From the NCBI GenBank assembly GCA_963729625.1, contig CAVSOU010000010.1:1312001-1376000 (forward strand): a stretch of DNA of 64,000 nt, in the 5' to 3' direction. Positions 47,851 to 56,404 of the stretch are shown piece by piece. How positions within the stretch are numbered: the first letter of the stretch is position 1; each line of letters begins with the position of its first letter. Under the pieces are notes generated by a model. The model was not told the origin of the DNA. It saw only the letters and a list, made by a program, of their open reading frames with translations, and made no database searches. The DNA comes from an uncultured bacterium (GTDB lineage Bacteria; Chloroflexota; UBA5177; JANWHV01). The translations under genes were made by a program, and so were the position numbers.

Positions 47851-50748
47851 TTGCGGATTTCGCTCACAGTCAACGGGCAGCCGTATCGAGCGGAGGTCGA
47901 GCCGAGACTGCCGCTTGTCGACTTGCTGCGTGACACGCTTGGTTTGACGGGCACGAAGAACGGTTGCGGCACGGGTGAGTGTGGTGCATGCACCGTTCTG
48001 CTCAACCACCGGTCGGTCAAGAGCTGCCTGTTGCTCGCCGCACAGGTGGACGGTGCCGAAATCACGACGATAGAGGGATTGGCCACGCGCGATCAGCTCA
48101 ATCCAATCCAGCAGGCATTCTGGGAGCAGTTCGCGGTTCAGGATGGATATGCTACGCCTGGTGCGGTGCTCGCGGCAACGGACCTGCTCGAACACAATCC
48201 GGCGCCGACCGAACGAGAGATCCGGGGCTGGCTCGATGGCTCGCTCGATCGAATTACCGGTTATCAGAACGTAGTGACGGCAATCAGTGCCGCCGCTGGA
48301 GTATTGCAAGGTACAGCACCCTCCCCCGATGGAGCTGCCCCTTCTCCGATTGTAGGCGCGTCAATCAAGACCAAGGAAGCGCCGGCGATGCTGCGCGGTG
48401 AAACACGCTATGTTGCCGACATTACACTGCCCGGCATGGTGCACGCTGCGATTCTTCGCAGTACGGTGCCACATGCTCGGCTCAAGCATGTCGACACGTC
48501 GGCTGCCAGTACGATGCCCGGCGTCGTGGGGGTGTATACCGGCGAGGACACGGCGGACATCATGCCGCTGCCTGTTATCTGGGTACCGCAGGATGTGGAA
48601 ACCCACTTCCCGCCTCACCCATCGGGCATGGTACCCGGCTCCCAGCTGGTTCTTGCGAGGGAGCGAGTACGATTCGTGGGTGATCCCATCGCGGTAGCGG
48701 TTGCGGAAACCCGACAGCAGGCCGTTGACGCTCTCGACAAGATCGTGGTCGATTATGAGCCATTGCCGTTCGTACTCGATGCCGAGGAAGCGCTCAAGGA
48801 TGGCGCACCACAGCTGCACGATACGGTGCCTAACAACCTTGTGTTCCGCGCTTCATACGGAGACAAGGCGCAGACGGAACAGGCTATCGCGGACGCCGAG
48901 GTCGTCGTGCGGCAGCGCATCCGCAGCCAGCGAATGATCGCCAACACTATCGAGACGCGCGGGGCAATCGGCAGCTACGACCAGACGACCGGCGACTACA
49001 CGCTGTGGACCAACGTGCAGCCGCTGTATCCGGTACGCCTGCTCATCTCCCTGTATGTGCTCGGTATCCCGTACAACAAGCTTCGCGTTATCGCCCCCGC
49101 AATCGGCGGCAGCAACGGCTCGAAGGGCTACCTGTTCGCCGACGGGCCGCTCGTGCTCTGGCTGTCGAAGAAGATCGGCAAACCGGTCAAGTGGATCGAC
49201 ACACGCGAGGGCATTGCCCAATCCACGCCACATGGTCGCGACCATGTTGACGATGTCACGCTTGCCGGTACGAAGGACGGCAGAATCACAGCGCTCCACT
49301 GCTCGGGCTACAGCAACATCGGTGCGTATCCGGTGATAAACGCCCCCGGTCAGCCGCGCACGCTGATTGGGAAGAGCATAACAGGCGCCTATGCAATCGA
49401 GCGCCCCTATTACGAAGTCGCAGTGGTCATGACGAACACGGTGCAGGTCGGCGCCCTGCGCGGCTCCGGCAGGGCCGAGGCCATCTACATGATCGAGCGC
49501 ATGGTCGACATCTACGCGCGCGAAATCGGCATGGACCCCGCCGAAGTCCGCCGCAAGAATATGGTGCAGCCGGATCAGCTTCCCTATGACAACAAGCTGG
49601 GCTGGCTTTATGACTCAGGCGACTACCCTGCGGCGTTGTCCAGGGCGCTGGAGGCGGTCGATTATGCCCACCGCGCGGAACGAAAGGCCGAAGCGCGCGG
49701 GCGTGGCAAGAGGCTGGGCGTGGGAATCGGCTCTTACGTCGCGGTCGCGGGTGTGGGCCCGTCGGCCAAGATGGGCAAGGAAGGGCTGGTAAGTGGTACG
49801 TGGGGTAGCGCTCATATCGGCGTTCAGCCAACCGGCGAGGTGGTTGTGACCACGGGCGCTCAACCCCATGGACAGGCCCACGAGACCACGCTGGCACAGA
49901 TCGCCGGTGCCGAGCTCGGCGTCCCTGTCGACAGGATTCGGGTCCGTCACTCGGACACGGAAGGGCCACTCCTCTATGGCCAGGGAAGCTATGGCAGTCG
50001 AACGCTCTCCGTCGAGGGCGCAGCTGTCCACCTCGCGGCGCAGAAGATCAAGGACAAGGCTCGGCGACTCGCGGCCCATCTCTTCAAAGCAAATGTCGAC
50101 GATATCATCTACGACGGGGACGCAGGCAAGGTCTTCCTGAAGTTCGCGCCAGACCAGGCGGTGATGCCGCTCCAACAGGTTGCGTTCGTGGCTTGGCTTG
50201 CCTGGGATCTGCCGGAAGGCATGGATCCCGTGCTGGAAGCACTCGCGTATTTCAATCCACCCGAGTTCAACTACCCATTCGGGACACACGTGGCCGAAGT
50301 TGAAGTCGACGAGGACACCGGCGAGGTTAGCCTGGTGCGCTATGTCGCGGTCGACGACTTCGGCACCGTCGTGAACCCCGGCGTTGTGGATGGCCAGACG
50401 CACGGCAATATCGCGCTGGGCGTAGGGCAGGCACTATTCGAAGAGGCTCTGTACGGTGCAGATGGGCAGCTCGTGGCGGGCGACTTCTCCGCGTATGCCA
50501 TTCCTCGAGCGTCGCAGCTGCCAAGCTTCGAGTTGCACCGCACGGTCACGCCTACGCCGAACAATCCGTTGGGGGCGAAAGGGGCAGGCGACGTCAGCAA
50601 TCCGCCCGTCGCTCCCGCGGTTGTCAATGCCGTTTGCGATGCGCTGAGCGACCTGGGCATCCGACACATCGAAACGCCGCTGACTCCCGAAAAGGTTTGG
50701 CGGGCGATGCAGGCGGCTACAGAACGTAGTGGGGCGGTGATTGCATGA
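47851..50748 (+). CDS. Xanthine-dehydrogenase-family Mo-hydroxylase with fused [2Fe-2S] (CoxS-like) and Mo-binding (CoxL-like) subunits; atypical ligands
   Basis: GTKNGCGTGECGACTV..KSC; YVADI..PGM.H..ILRS..HA; ALRGSGRAE; YDSGDY; HGQ.HET; YGSR; GQ.HG; GAKGAGD. Confidence 0.93.
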   Translation: MRISLTVNGQPYRAEVEPRLPLVDLLRDTLGLTGTKNGCGTGECGACTVLLNHRSVKSCLLLAAQVDGAEITTIEGLATRDQLNPIQQAFWEQFAVQDGYATPGAVLAATDLLEHNPAPTEREIRGWLDGSLDRITGYQNVVTAISAAAGVLQGTAPSPDGAAPSPIVGASIKTKEAPAMLRGETRYVADITLPGMVHAAILRSTVPHARLKHVDTSAASTMPGVVGVYTGEDTADIMPLPVIWVPQDVETHFPPHPSGMVPGSQLVLARERVRFVGDPIAVAVAETRQQAVDALDKIVVDYEPLPFVLDAEEALKDGAPQLHDTVPNNLVFRASYGDKAQTEQAIADAEVVVRQRIRSQRMIANTIETRGAIGSYDQTTGDYTLWTNVQPLYPVRLLISLYVLGIPYNKLRVIAPAIGGSNGSKGYLFADGPLVLWLSKKIGKPVKWIDTREGIAQSTPHGRDHVDDVTLAGTKDGRITALHCSGYSNIGAYPVINAPGQPRTLIGKSITGAYAIERPYYEVAVVMTNTVQVGALRGSGRAEAIYMIERMVDIYAREIGMDPAEVRRKNMVQPDQLPYDNKLGWLYDSGDYPAALSRALEAVDYAHRAERKAEARGRGKRLGVGIGSYVAVAGVGPSAKMGKEGLVSGTWGSAHIGVQPTGEVVVTTGAQPHGQAHETTLAQIAGAELGVPVDRIRVRHSDTEGPLLYGQGSYGSRTLSVEGAAVHLAAQKIKDKARRLAAHLFKANVDDIIYDGDAGKVFLKFAPDQAVMPLQQVAFVAWLAWDLPEGMDPVLEALAYFNPPEFNYPFGTHVAEVEVDEDTGEVSLVRYVAVDDFGTVVNPGVVDGQTHGNIALGVGQALFEEALYGADGQLVAGDFSAYAIPRASQLPSFELHRTVTPTPNNPLGAKGAGDVSNPPVAPAVVNAVCDALSDLGIRHIETPLTPEKVWRAMQAATERSGAVIA

Positions 50749-51617
50749 TTCCCGCGCAGTTTGAGTATGCGACGGCAACCAGCGTGAACGAAGCTGTGCG
50801 GTATCTTGAGGCGCATCCAGGCGCACGTGCGCTCGCTGGAGGCACGGGGCTGATCCCCGCCCTCTCACGCCGCCGCCTGACCGCAAGCGCCTTGGTCGAT
50901 CTTCAACACATACCCGGACTTGCGGCCATGACGCCGCTGGACACGGGTGGCGTGCGCATAGGGGCGCTTGCCACGCTCGCGGCGATTGTCGACAGGGAGG
51001 GTATGCGGGCAGCCTATCCGGTGTTGGCGGAAGCAATCGCTTCTGCCGCCGATCCACAGATTCGCAACCGCGCGACGCTCGGTGGCAGCCTTGTCCTCGA
51101 CCACCGGGGAGGAGATGTCGCGGCTGCGCTTTTGGCTTTGGGCGCGTCTATAAACGTCACTGGGCCTGCCGGCGATCGGGTGGTCGCCATCGACAGGCTC
51201 CTCAGCGATCTCGGAGCTGCTCGTCTTGCCCCAGCCGAGATCGTGACGTCGATCGATCTTCCCGGTGACGCCTCGGGCACTGCGTATGAGAAGATCCGCA
51301 ATCCTGCCAGCGGCTTTGCCATTTGCGGCATAGCTGCGTTGATCCGGCTTGGTGGGGAAGGCGCGGTGAGCCAGTGCCGCGTGGCGGTGACCGGAGCGAC
51401 CGCTGCTGTGACCCGTCTGCTGTTGCTGGAGGAAAGCCTCACGGGACAAGCTGCTTCTCTGGCGACGATTGCCGGCAGCGCGCTTGCGGCGCAAGTGGCA
51501 ACCCTCGCTTTCGCCGGCGACTGGCCGGCGTCTGCAGAGTTCCGAGCGCATTTGACTCGAGTACTGGCAGTGCGCGCCGTGCGACGCGCGGCAGAGCGCG
51601 CCGGATGGCGTGCGTGA
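50745..51617 (+). CDS. Mo-hydroxylase FAD-binding subunit (CoxM-like)
   Basis: MIPAQFEY, LAGGT.L, IGAL, DPQIRNRATLGGS, AYEK; ATGA overlap with the large subunit. Confidence 0.9.
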   Translation: MIPAQFEYATATSVNEAVRYLEAHPGARALAGGTGLIPALSRRRLTASALVDLQHIPGLAAMTPLDTGGVRIGALATLAAIVDREGMRAAYPVLAEAIASAADPQIRNRATLGGSLVLDHRGGDVAAALLALGASINVTGPAGDRVVAIDRLLSDLGAARLAPAEIVTSIDLPGDASGTAYEKIRNPASGFAICGIAALIRLGGEGAVSQCRVAVTGATAAVTRLLLLEESLTGQAASLATIAGSALAAQVATLAFAGDWPASAEFRAHLTRVLAVRAVRRAAERAGWRA

Positions 51618-51731
51618 GTCGCCACGGGAGCTCGGGCCTGTGCCCGCCCTCGTCCGGCGGATAGGACGCCAGGTGTCTTGGGGCGCAGGCATCTTGCCGG
51701 CCCTGGTTTGGAACGGAGAGGGTGATCAGCG

Positions 51732-52124
51732 GTGAAGAACGTACCTGACACAGCGCTCGGGCGCATGTATCGTGAGCACATCCAACATATCCTGGACAAG
51801 GACATCGAGTCACTGCTGGACCAGTATACCGATGATGCCCTGCTGATCAGCAGCTTCACCCGAAAGCCCCTCATCTACAAGGGTCGTGCGGAGATCCGCG
51901 AACATATGCAGGGTATTCTTGGCATCCAGGGCCTGGAAACCGACATCGCATTTTGGGCGGAGACAGAGAGTCCGCAGACTCTCATGATTGTGGAGGAGAT
52001 CACCATGCAAACTGCTGACGGGGAAGCACGCATGCGCTTCGCCGACAGCTGGGTGCTGCGTGAAGGGCGTATAGCCATACACTTTGCTGGGATGACCCAG
52101 TATCCCGACGGCTCGGTGGCCTAG
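51732..52124 (+). CDS. SnoaL/NTF2-like protein (resembles 47409)
   Basis: KDIESLLDQYTDDALL, KGR.EI, D.WVLREGRI..HFAG. Confidence 0.8.
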   Translation: MKNVPDTALGRMYREHIQHILDKDIESLLDQYTDDALLISSFTRKPLIYKGRAEIREHMQGILGIQGLETDIAFWAETESPQTLMIVEEITMQTADGEARMRFADSWVLREGRIAIHFAGMTQYPDGSVA

Positions 52125-52129
52125 CACAC

Positions 52130-52990
52130 ATGTCTGCCCTGCGCAACAAGTATCTGGCAATGCGCTATTTCCAGGAGATCATGGTCGGGGCCAACATCGC
52201 GACCATGTATGAGCTGGTGGCGCCAGAGTGTGTCCTGACTCTGCCCACATACCCCCATACCTACAGTGGCCCGGATGGCTGCAGAGACCTCGTGAGCATG
52301 CTGCACGGTTGTTTCCCAGATTACTTCATCCATCTCAATGACATGGTGGCATCCGGTGACACTGTGGTGACGCGCTGGCGATCTGGTGGCACGCACCTCG
52401 GCGCGACGTTCACATCAGTTGGCGGTAGTATTCCGGCCAGTGGGCGCTCGTTTGAAATTGACGGCATGACGTGGCTTCGCATGGCCGGTGGCCAGATCGT
52501 GGAAGCAATCGGCCATGAGGATACGGCCGGCATGTTCACGCAGCTTGGCGTGATCCCCAGTGCGTCGAGCGCCACAACGCCGGAGCAGAACCTTGCTACG
52601 GCGCACCGCTACTTCGATGAAGTCATGAATCAGGGCAAGCTGCGTGTGATCGAAGAGATCATGGCGCCCGGCATCCAGTTCATTATCCCAACTCAGCCGG
52701 AGCCTATCACGGGATACGGCAATATGGGCGGGTTTGTCGGCTATCTGCGCAACGCCTTCCCGGACATCCATTTTGCTGTTGAGCGTGAGATTGCGGTGGA
52801 TAACAAAGTCGCCGTGCGATGGTCCATCACAGGCACGCATGCCGGCGAATTCCTGGGCAAGCCGCCTACCGGGAACGCGATCGAGGACTTCGGCATCGAT
52901 ATCTTTACGTTTGAGGACGGTAAGATCCGGGCCGTGCACGTGAGCGAGAATGACTTCGGACTGTTTCAGCAACTCGAACCCAGAAAGTGA
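52130..52990 (+). CDS. Tandem two-domain SnoaL-like ester cyclase
   Basis: Two copies of RYF.E.M..G, FPD, V.RW...GTH.G, P.G, G.I, F.QL. Confidence 0.9.
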   Translation: MSALRNKYLAMRYFQEIMVGANIATMYELVAPECVLTLPTYPHTYSGPDGCRDLVSMLHGCFPDYFIHLNDMVASGDTVVTRWRSGGTHLGATFTSVGGSIPASGRSFEIDGMTWLRMAGGQIVEAIGHEDTAGMFTQLGVIPSASSATTPEQNLATAHRYFDEVMNQGKLRVIEEIMAPGIQFIIPTQPEPITGYGNMGGFVGYLRNAFPDIHFAVEREIAVDNKVAVRWSITGTHAGEFLGKPPTGNAIEDFGIDIFTFEDGKIRAVHVSENDFGLFQQLEPRK

Positions 52991-53021
52991 TTCGCGGTTG
53001 GCGCCTGCTGAAAAGACGCTG

Positions 53022-54551
53022 GTGAGTGCCCGACACGCCTATGACTACGTTGTGGTCGGCGCCGGCGCGAGCGGCTGTGTGCTGGCCAATCGCCTGAGTG
53101 CTGACCCGGCGACGCAAGTCCTGCTCCTAGAAGCCGGTGGGACCGACCACGAGCCCCGCATCCACAATCTGGACGGCTTTGTGCAGCTCTGGGGCACCGA
53201 TGTCGCCTGGGCTTTCCTCACTGAGAAGCAAGCTGGCCTCAATGGGCGGCAAATCCTGATCAACCAGGGCAAGGTGTTTGGCGGCGGCAGCTCGATCCAC
53301 GCCATGATGTACGTGCGCGGCAACCGCCTCAACTTCGATCAATGGAGCGCGCTTGGCGCGGATGGGTGGAGCTACGAGGAAGTACTGCCGTATTTTAGGA
53401 AATCTGAGAACTACGAGGGCGGCGCTTCAGCATATCGCGGCGTAGATGGCCCGCTCGATGTCCGACCGTGCCCCGACCCTGTCGCCCGCTCGCTCGCGTT
53501 TCAGGAGGCGGCCGTGGAGCTGGGTTACGACGGCCCGGATTGGGATTACAACGGTGCCCGCCAGGACGACGGCGTGGGACCGATCCAATTCAATATCGGC
53601 AACGATGGCCGTCGCGTCAGCGCGGCCACGGCGTTTCTCACGCCGGCACTCGGTCGCCCTAACCTCACTGTGCACACGCATGCCGAAGCTACCCGCGTGC
53701 TTTTCGCGGGCATGCACGCGGTGGGTGTCGAGTATCGCCAGGACGGCCAGGACCAGCAGGCCCGGGTCGCGCGTGAGGTAGTCCTCAGCGCCGGCACATT
53801 CATGTCGCCCAGGATTCTGATGCATTCCGGAATCGGACCGGCGCCGCACCTGGAGGCTCACGGCATCCCCGTGCTCGTCGACCTGCCCGGTGTTGGTCAG
53901 AACTTGCACGATCACCTGCAGATCTCGGTGGTCTACAAGTCGCGAGTACCCCTCGCCGATCCCACGCTGCTGGCCGGGAACGTCCTGTTCACGCGCTCCC
54001 GCAAGGGCACGCAGACCGCGCCGCCCGATCTGCAGATCATGTACAGCCCCGGCGTCCCGTCGGCCCTATCGTCCGCGATCCCAGGGCCTCGCCCAGCCAG
54101 CATTTTCATTCCCATTCTGCTGCAACCCCGTAGCCGGGGAGACGTCCGCCTGCGATCTGCCGACCCGACCGATGCGCCGGTCATCGACCCACAGTACCTG
54201 CAGCGCGAATGCGACCTCGAGGCCCTGCTGCAGTCGGTCCGTATAGTACGCGATCTGGCCGGTACCAGGGCGTTTTCCGATCTCAATGGCGGCGAGATAG
54301 CGCCGGGCCCGAATGCCGACCTCAAGGACTACGTCCGCCGCAGCGCGACGACCATGTGGCATCCTGTCGGCACGTGCAGGATGGGCCGCGATGCCCTGGC
54401 GGTGGTCGATCCGCAATTGCGGGTCGTTGGCGTCTCCGGGCTCCGTGTTGCCGATGCGTCGGTCATGCCGGCAATTCCCAGCGGCAATACATTCGCGGTA
54501 TGCGTGATGATTGGCGAGAAACTGATAGGCCTGTTACATGGCACTGATTGA
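53022..54551 (+). CDS. GMC-family flavin oxidoreductase
   Basis: YDYVVVGAGASGCVLANRLS, GKVFGGGSSI, GVGQNLHDH, WHPVGTCRMG, LRVADASVMP...SGNT. Start uncertain (52998 or 53022). Confidence 0.93.
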   Translation: MSARHAYDYVVVGAGASGCVLANRLSADPATQVLLLEAGGTDHEPRIHNLDGFVQLWGTDVAWAFLTEKQAGLNGRQILINQGKVFGGGSSIHAMMYVRGNRLNFDQWSALGADGWSYEEVLPYFRKSENYEGGASAYRGVDGPLDVRPCPDPVARSLAFQEAAVELGYDGPDWDYNGARQDDGVGPIQFNIGNDGRRVSAATAFLTPALGRPNLTVHTHAEATRVLFAGMHAVGVEYRQDGQDQQARVAREVVLSAGTFMSPRILMHSGIGPAPHLEAHGIPVLVDLPGVGQNLHDHLQISVVYKSRVPLADPTLLAGNVLFTRSRKGTQTAPPDLQIMYSPGVPSALSSAIPGPRPASIFIPILLQPRSRGDVRLRSADPTDAPVIDPQYLQRECDLEALLQSVRIVRDLAGTRAFSDLNGGEIAPGPNADLKDYVRRSATTMWHPVGTCRMGRDALAVVDPQLRVVGVSGLRVADASVMPAIPSGNTFAVCVMIGEKLIGLLHGTD

Positions 54552-54584
54552 TCGACACTCGTGGCTCAGGGAGGTAGAGGACAA

Positions 54585-55007
54585 GTGGTTCATACGGCGT
54601 TTGCCCACGTGGGGTTGACCTGCAAAGATCCTGTCGCGGTCGAGCGGTTCTATACTGAGCACTTTGGCTTCCGGCGAGCGCGCGCGATCCCGCTGGGGGG
54701 CACTGAACAGATCGTCTACATCAAGTCGGGCGATATGTACCTGGAGCTGTTCCAGGCGAAAGCGCCGGCCCCGATCGCGCCGCCCGAGCAGGATGGTTAT
54801 GGCTGGCCCGGCGTGCGCCACCTGGCGTTTGTAGTAGACGATGTCGATGCCAAGCTCGCCGAGCTTGGCAATGCCGCAAAGGTCACGCTTGGACCGCTGG
54901 ACTTCAGTGACTTCATTCCAGGATGGCGAACCGCCTGGGTTGCCGATCCGGAGGGCAACATTGTCGAGATAAGCCAGGGGTATCAGGACGATCCGGGCCT
55001 GATCTAG
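54585..55007 (+). CDS. VOC/glyoxalase-family protein
   Basis: HVGL, FY...FGF, LELF, RHLAF.VDDVD, DPEGNIVEI; GGAGG/GAGG upstream. Confidence 0.9.
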   Translation: MVHTAFAHVGLTCKDPVAVERFYTEHFGFRRARAIPLGGTEQIVYIKSGDMYLELFQAKAPAPIAPPEQDGYGWPGVRHLAFVVDDVDAKLAELGNAAKVTLGPLDFSDFIPGWRTAWVADPEGNIVEISQGYQDDPGLI

Positions 55008-55135
55008 TCGACTGCCAGGTATCAGGATGTGCGCCGGCCTAACACCGGAGTACGCAGCACCCACTGCTGTGGGTCGCGGTGCCCAAATGCCATAGCTTCG
55101 GGATGGGAGCACTGCTGAACTGGGGGAAACCACGC

Positions 55136-56233
55136 ATGGCTGTCGCCCACGTTGGCGCCTTCGTCGTCGGCATGGCACTGGTAATTCTGACGCTCCGTTC
55201 GTCCATTCGCACGTTTGTGCTCCCCAGGAGCATCAACGACTCACTCACGCGTGCTGTGTTTCGAGCCATACACAGGCTGTTCCTGCTGTTTGCGCCGCCG
55301 GCGCGGGCCTATGAGGAGCGCGATCGGATCATGGCTTTGTTTGCGCCGGTGGCCTTGCTGAGTCTGCCGGTCGTGTGGATTGCTATAGTCACGACCGGGT
55401 ACGCAGGCATGTTCTGGGCCTCCGGCGCCCGCGATGCGCAGGCCTCTTTCACGATCAGTGCATCGTCCATGGTCACGCTTGGGTTTGACGCGCCGCACGG
55501 CCTGCTGCAGACCTTCCTTGCGTTTAGTCAGGCGTCGGTCGGCCTGGGTCTGGTGGCTCTCCTCATCGCCTATCTGCCGACCATCTACGGCGCGTTCTCC
55601 AGGCGCGAGTTGGCCGTCAACATGCTCGAGGTCCGGGCCGGGTCACCGCCATCGGCCGTCACCCTCATTACTCGATTTCAGCGCCTGGAGAAGCTGGAGC
55701 GACTGGAAGCGTTTTGGGAGGGCTGGGAAGTCTGGTTTGCCGAGCTGGACGAGACGCATACCTCGATCGGCTCGCTGGCGCTGTTCCGTTCACCGCTTCC
55801 CCAGCACTCATGGATTACGGCAACTGGTGCCGTGCTCGACGCGGCTGCTCTGCGCTGTTCGGTGGTAGCGTTGCCGCGAGAGCCGCAAGCCGAGCTGACC
55901 CTGCGGGCAGGGTATCTGGCGGTGCGCCATATCGCGGACTTCTTCAAGCTTCGGTATGAGGCTGATGTCGACTGGCGGTCTCCGATCAGCGTCGCGCGTC
56001 AGCAGTTTGACGAGGCATGCGCGAGTCTCGCGGAGGCCGGTGTTCCACTGAAAGACGATCGCGACCAGGCATGGAAAGACTTCGTAGGCTGGCGCGCCAA
56101 TTACGACGGCGCCTTGCTGAGCTTAGCTGCGCTGACCATCGCGCCGAGTGCGCCGTGGCTGTCAGCTCACGCGCGTGGAGCACCGCCGATAGCGGCGAGA
56201 GACGGAGCAAAGCGCTCGGACAACCTCGAGTAG
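55136..56233 (+). CDS. Membrane protein with ion-channel-like pore segment
   Basis: Several TM helices flanking S.SSMVTLGF, then LLIAYLPTIYGAFSRRE and a soluble C-terminal domain. Confidence 0.65.
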   Translation: MAVAHVGAFVVGMALVILTLRSSIRTFVLPRSINDSLTRAVFRAIHRLFLLFAPPARAYEERDRIMALFAPVALLSLPVVWIAIVTTGYAGMFWASGARDAQASFTISASSMVTLGFDAPHGLLQTFLAFSQASVGLGLVALLIAYLPTIYGAFSRRELAVNMLEVRAGSPPSAVTLITRFQRLEKLERLEAFWEGWEVWFAELDETHTSIGSLALFRSPLPQHSWITATGAVLDAAALRCSVVALPREPQAELTLRAGYLAVRHIADFFKLRYEADVDWRSPISVARQQFDEACASLAEAGVPLKDDRDQAWKDFVGWRANYDGALLSLAALTIAPSAPWLSAHARGAPPIAARDGAKRSDNLE

Positions 56234-56261
56234 CACTATTCCGTCGCGTAAGGGCAACGGG

Positions 56262-56404
56262 CTAGTGGGACAAGTGCGTTGCTCATGGCCATTGCCGCTT
56301 CATGTGACACTCCGGCCTTCAGGCCGGAGAGCCTCACCCGGTCACCCAGCCGTGGCCTTCAGGCCGCATCTGAACGGCGATGAACGTGACGAGCGACCCA
56401 CTCG
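56262..56404. mobile_element. MITE-like repeat, copy 2
   Basis: CTAGTGGGAC...GACCCACTCG; closely similar to 40787-40930. Confidence 0.7.

Noticed and set aside
47851-50748. Aerobic CO dehydrogenase (coxL form I) call
   Set aside because: The active-site loop is ALRGSGR, not AYxCSFR, so only a family-level call is supported.
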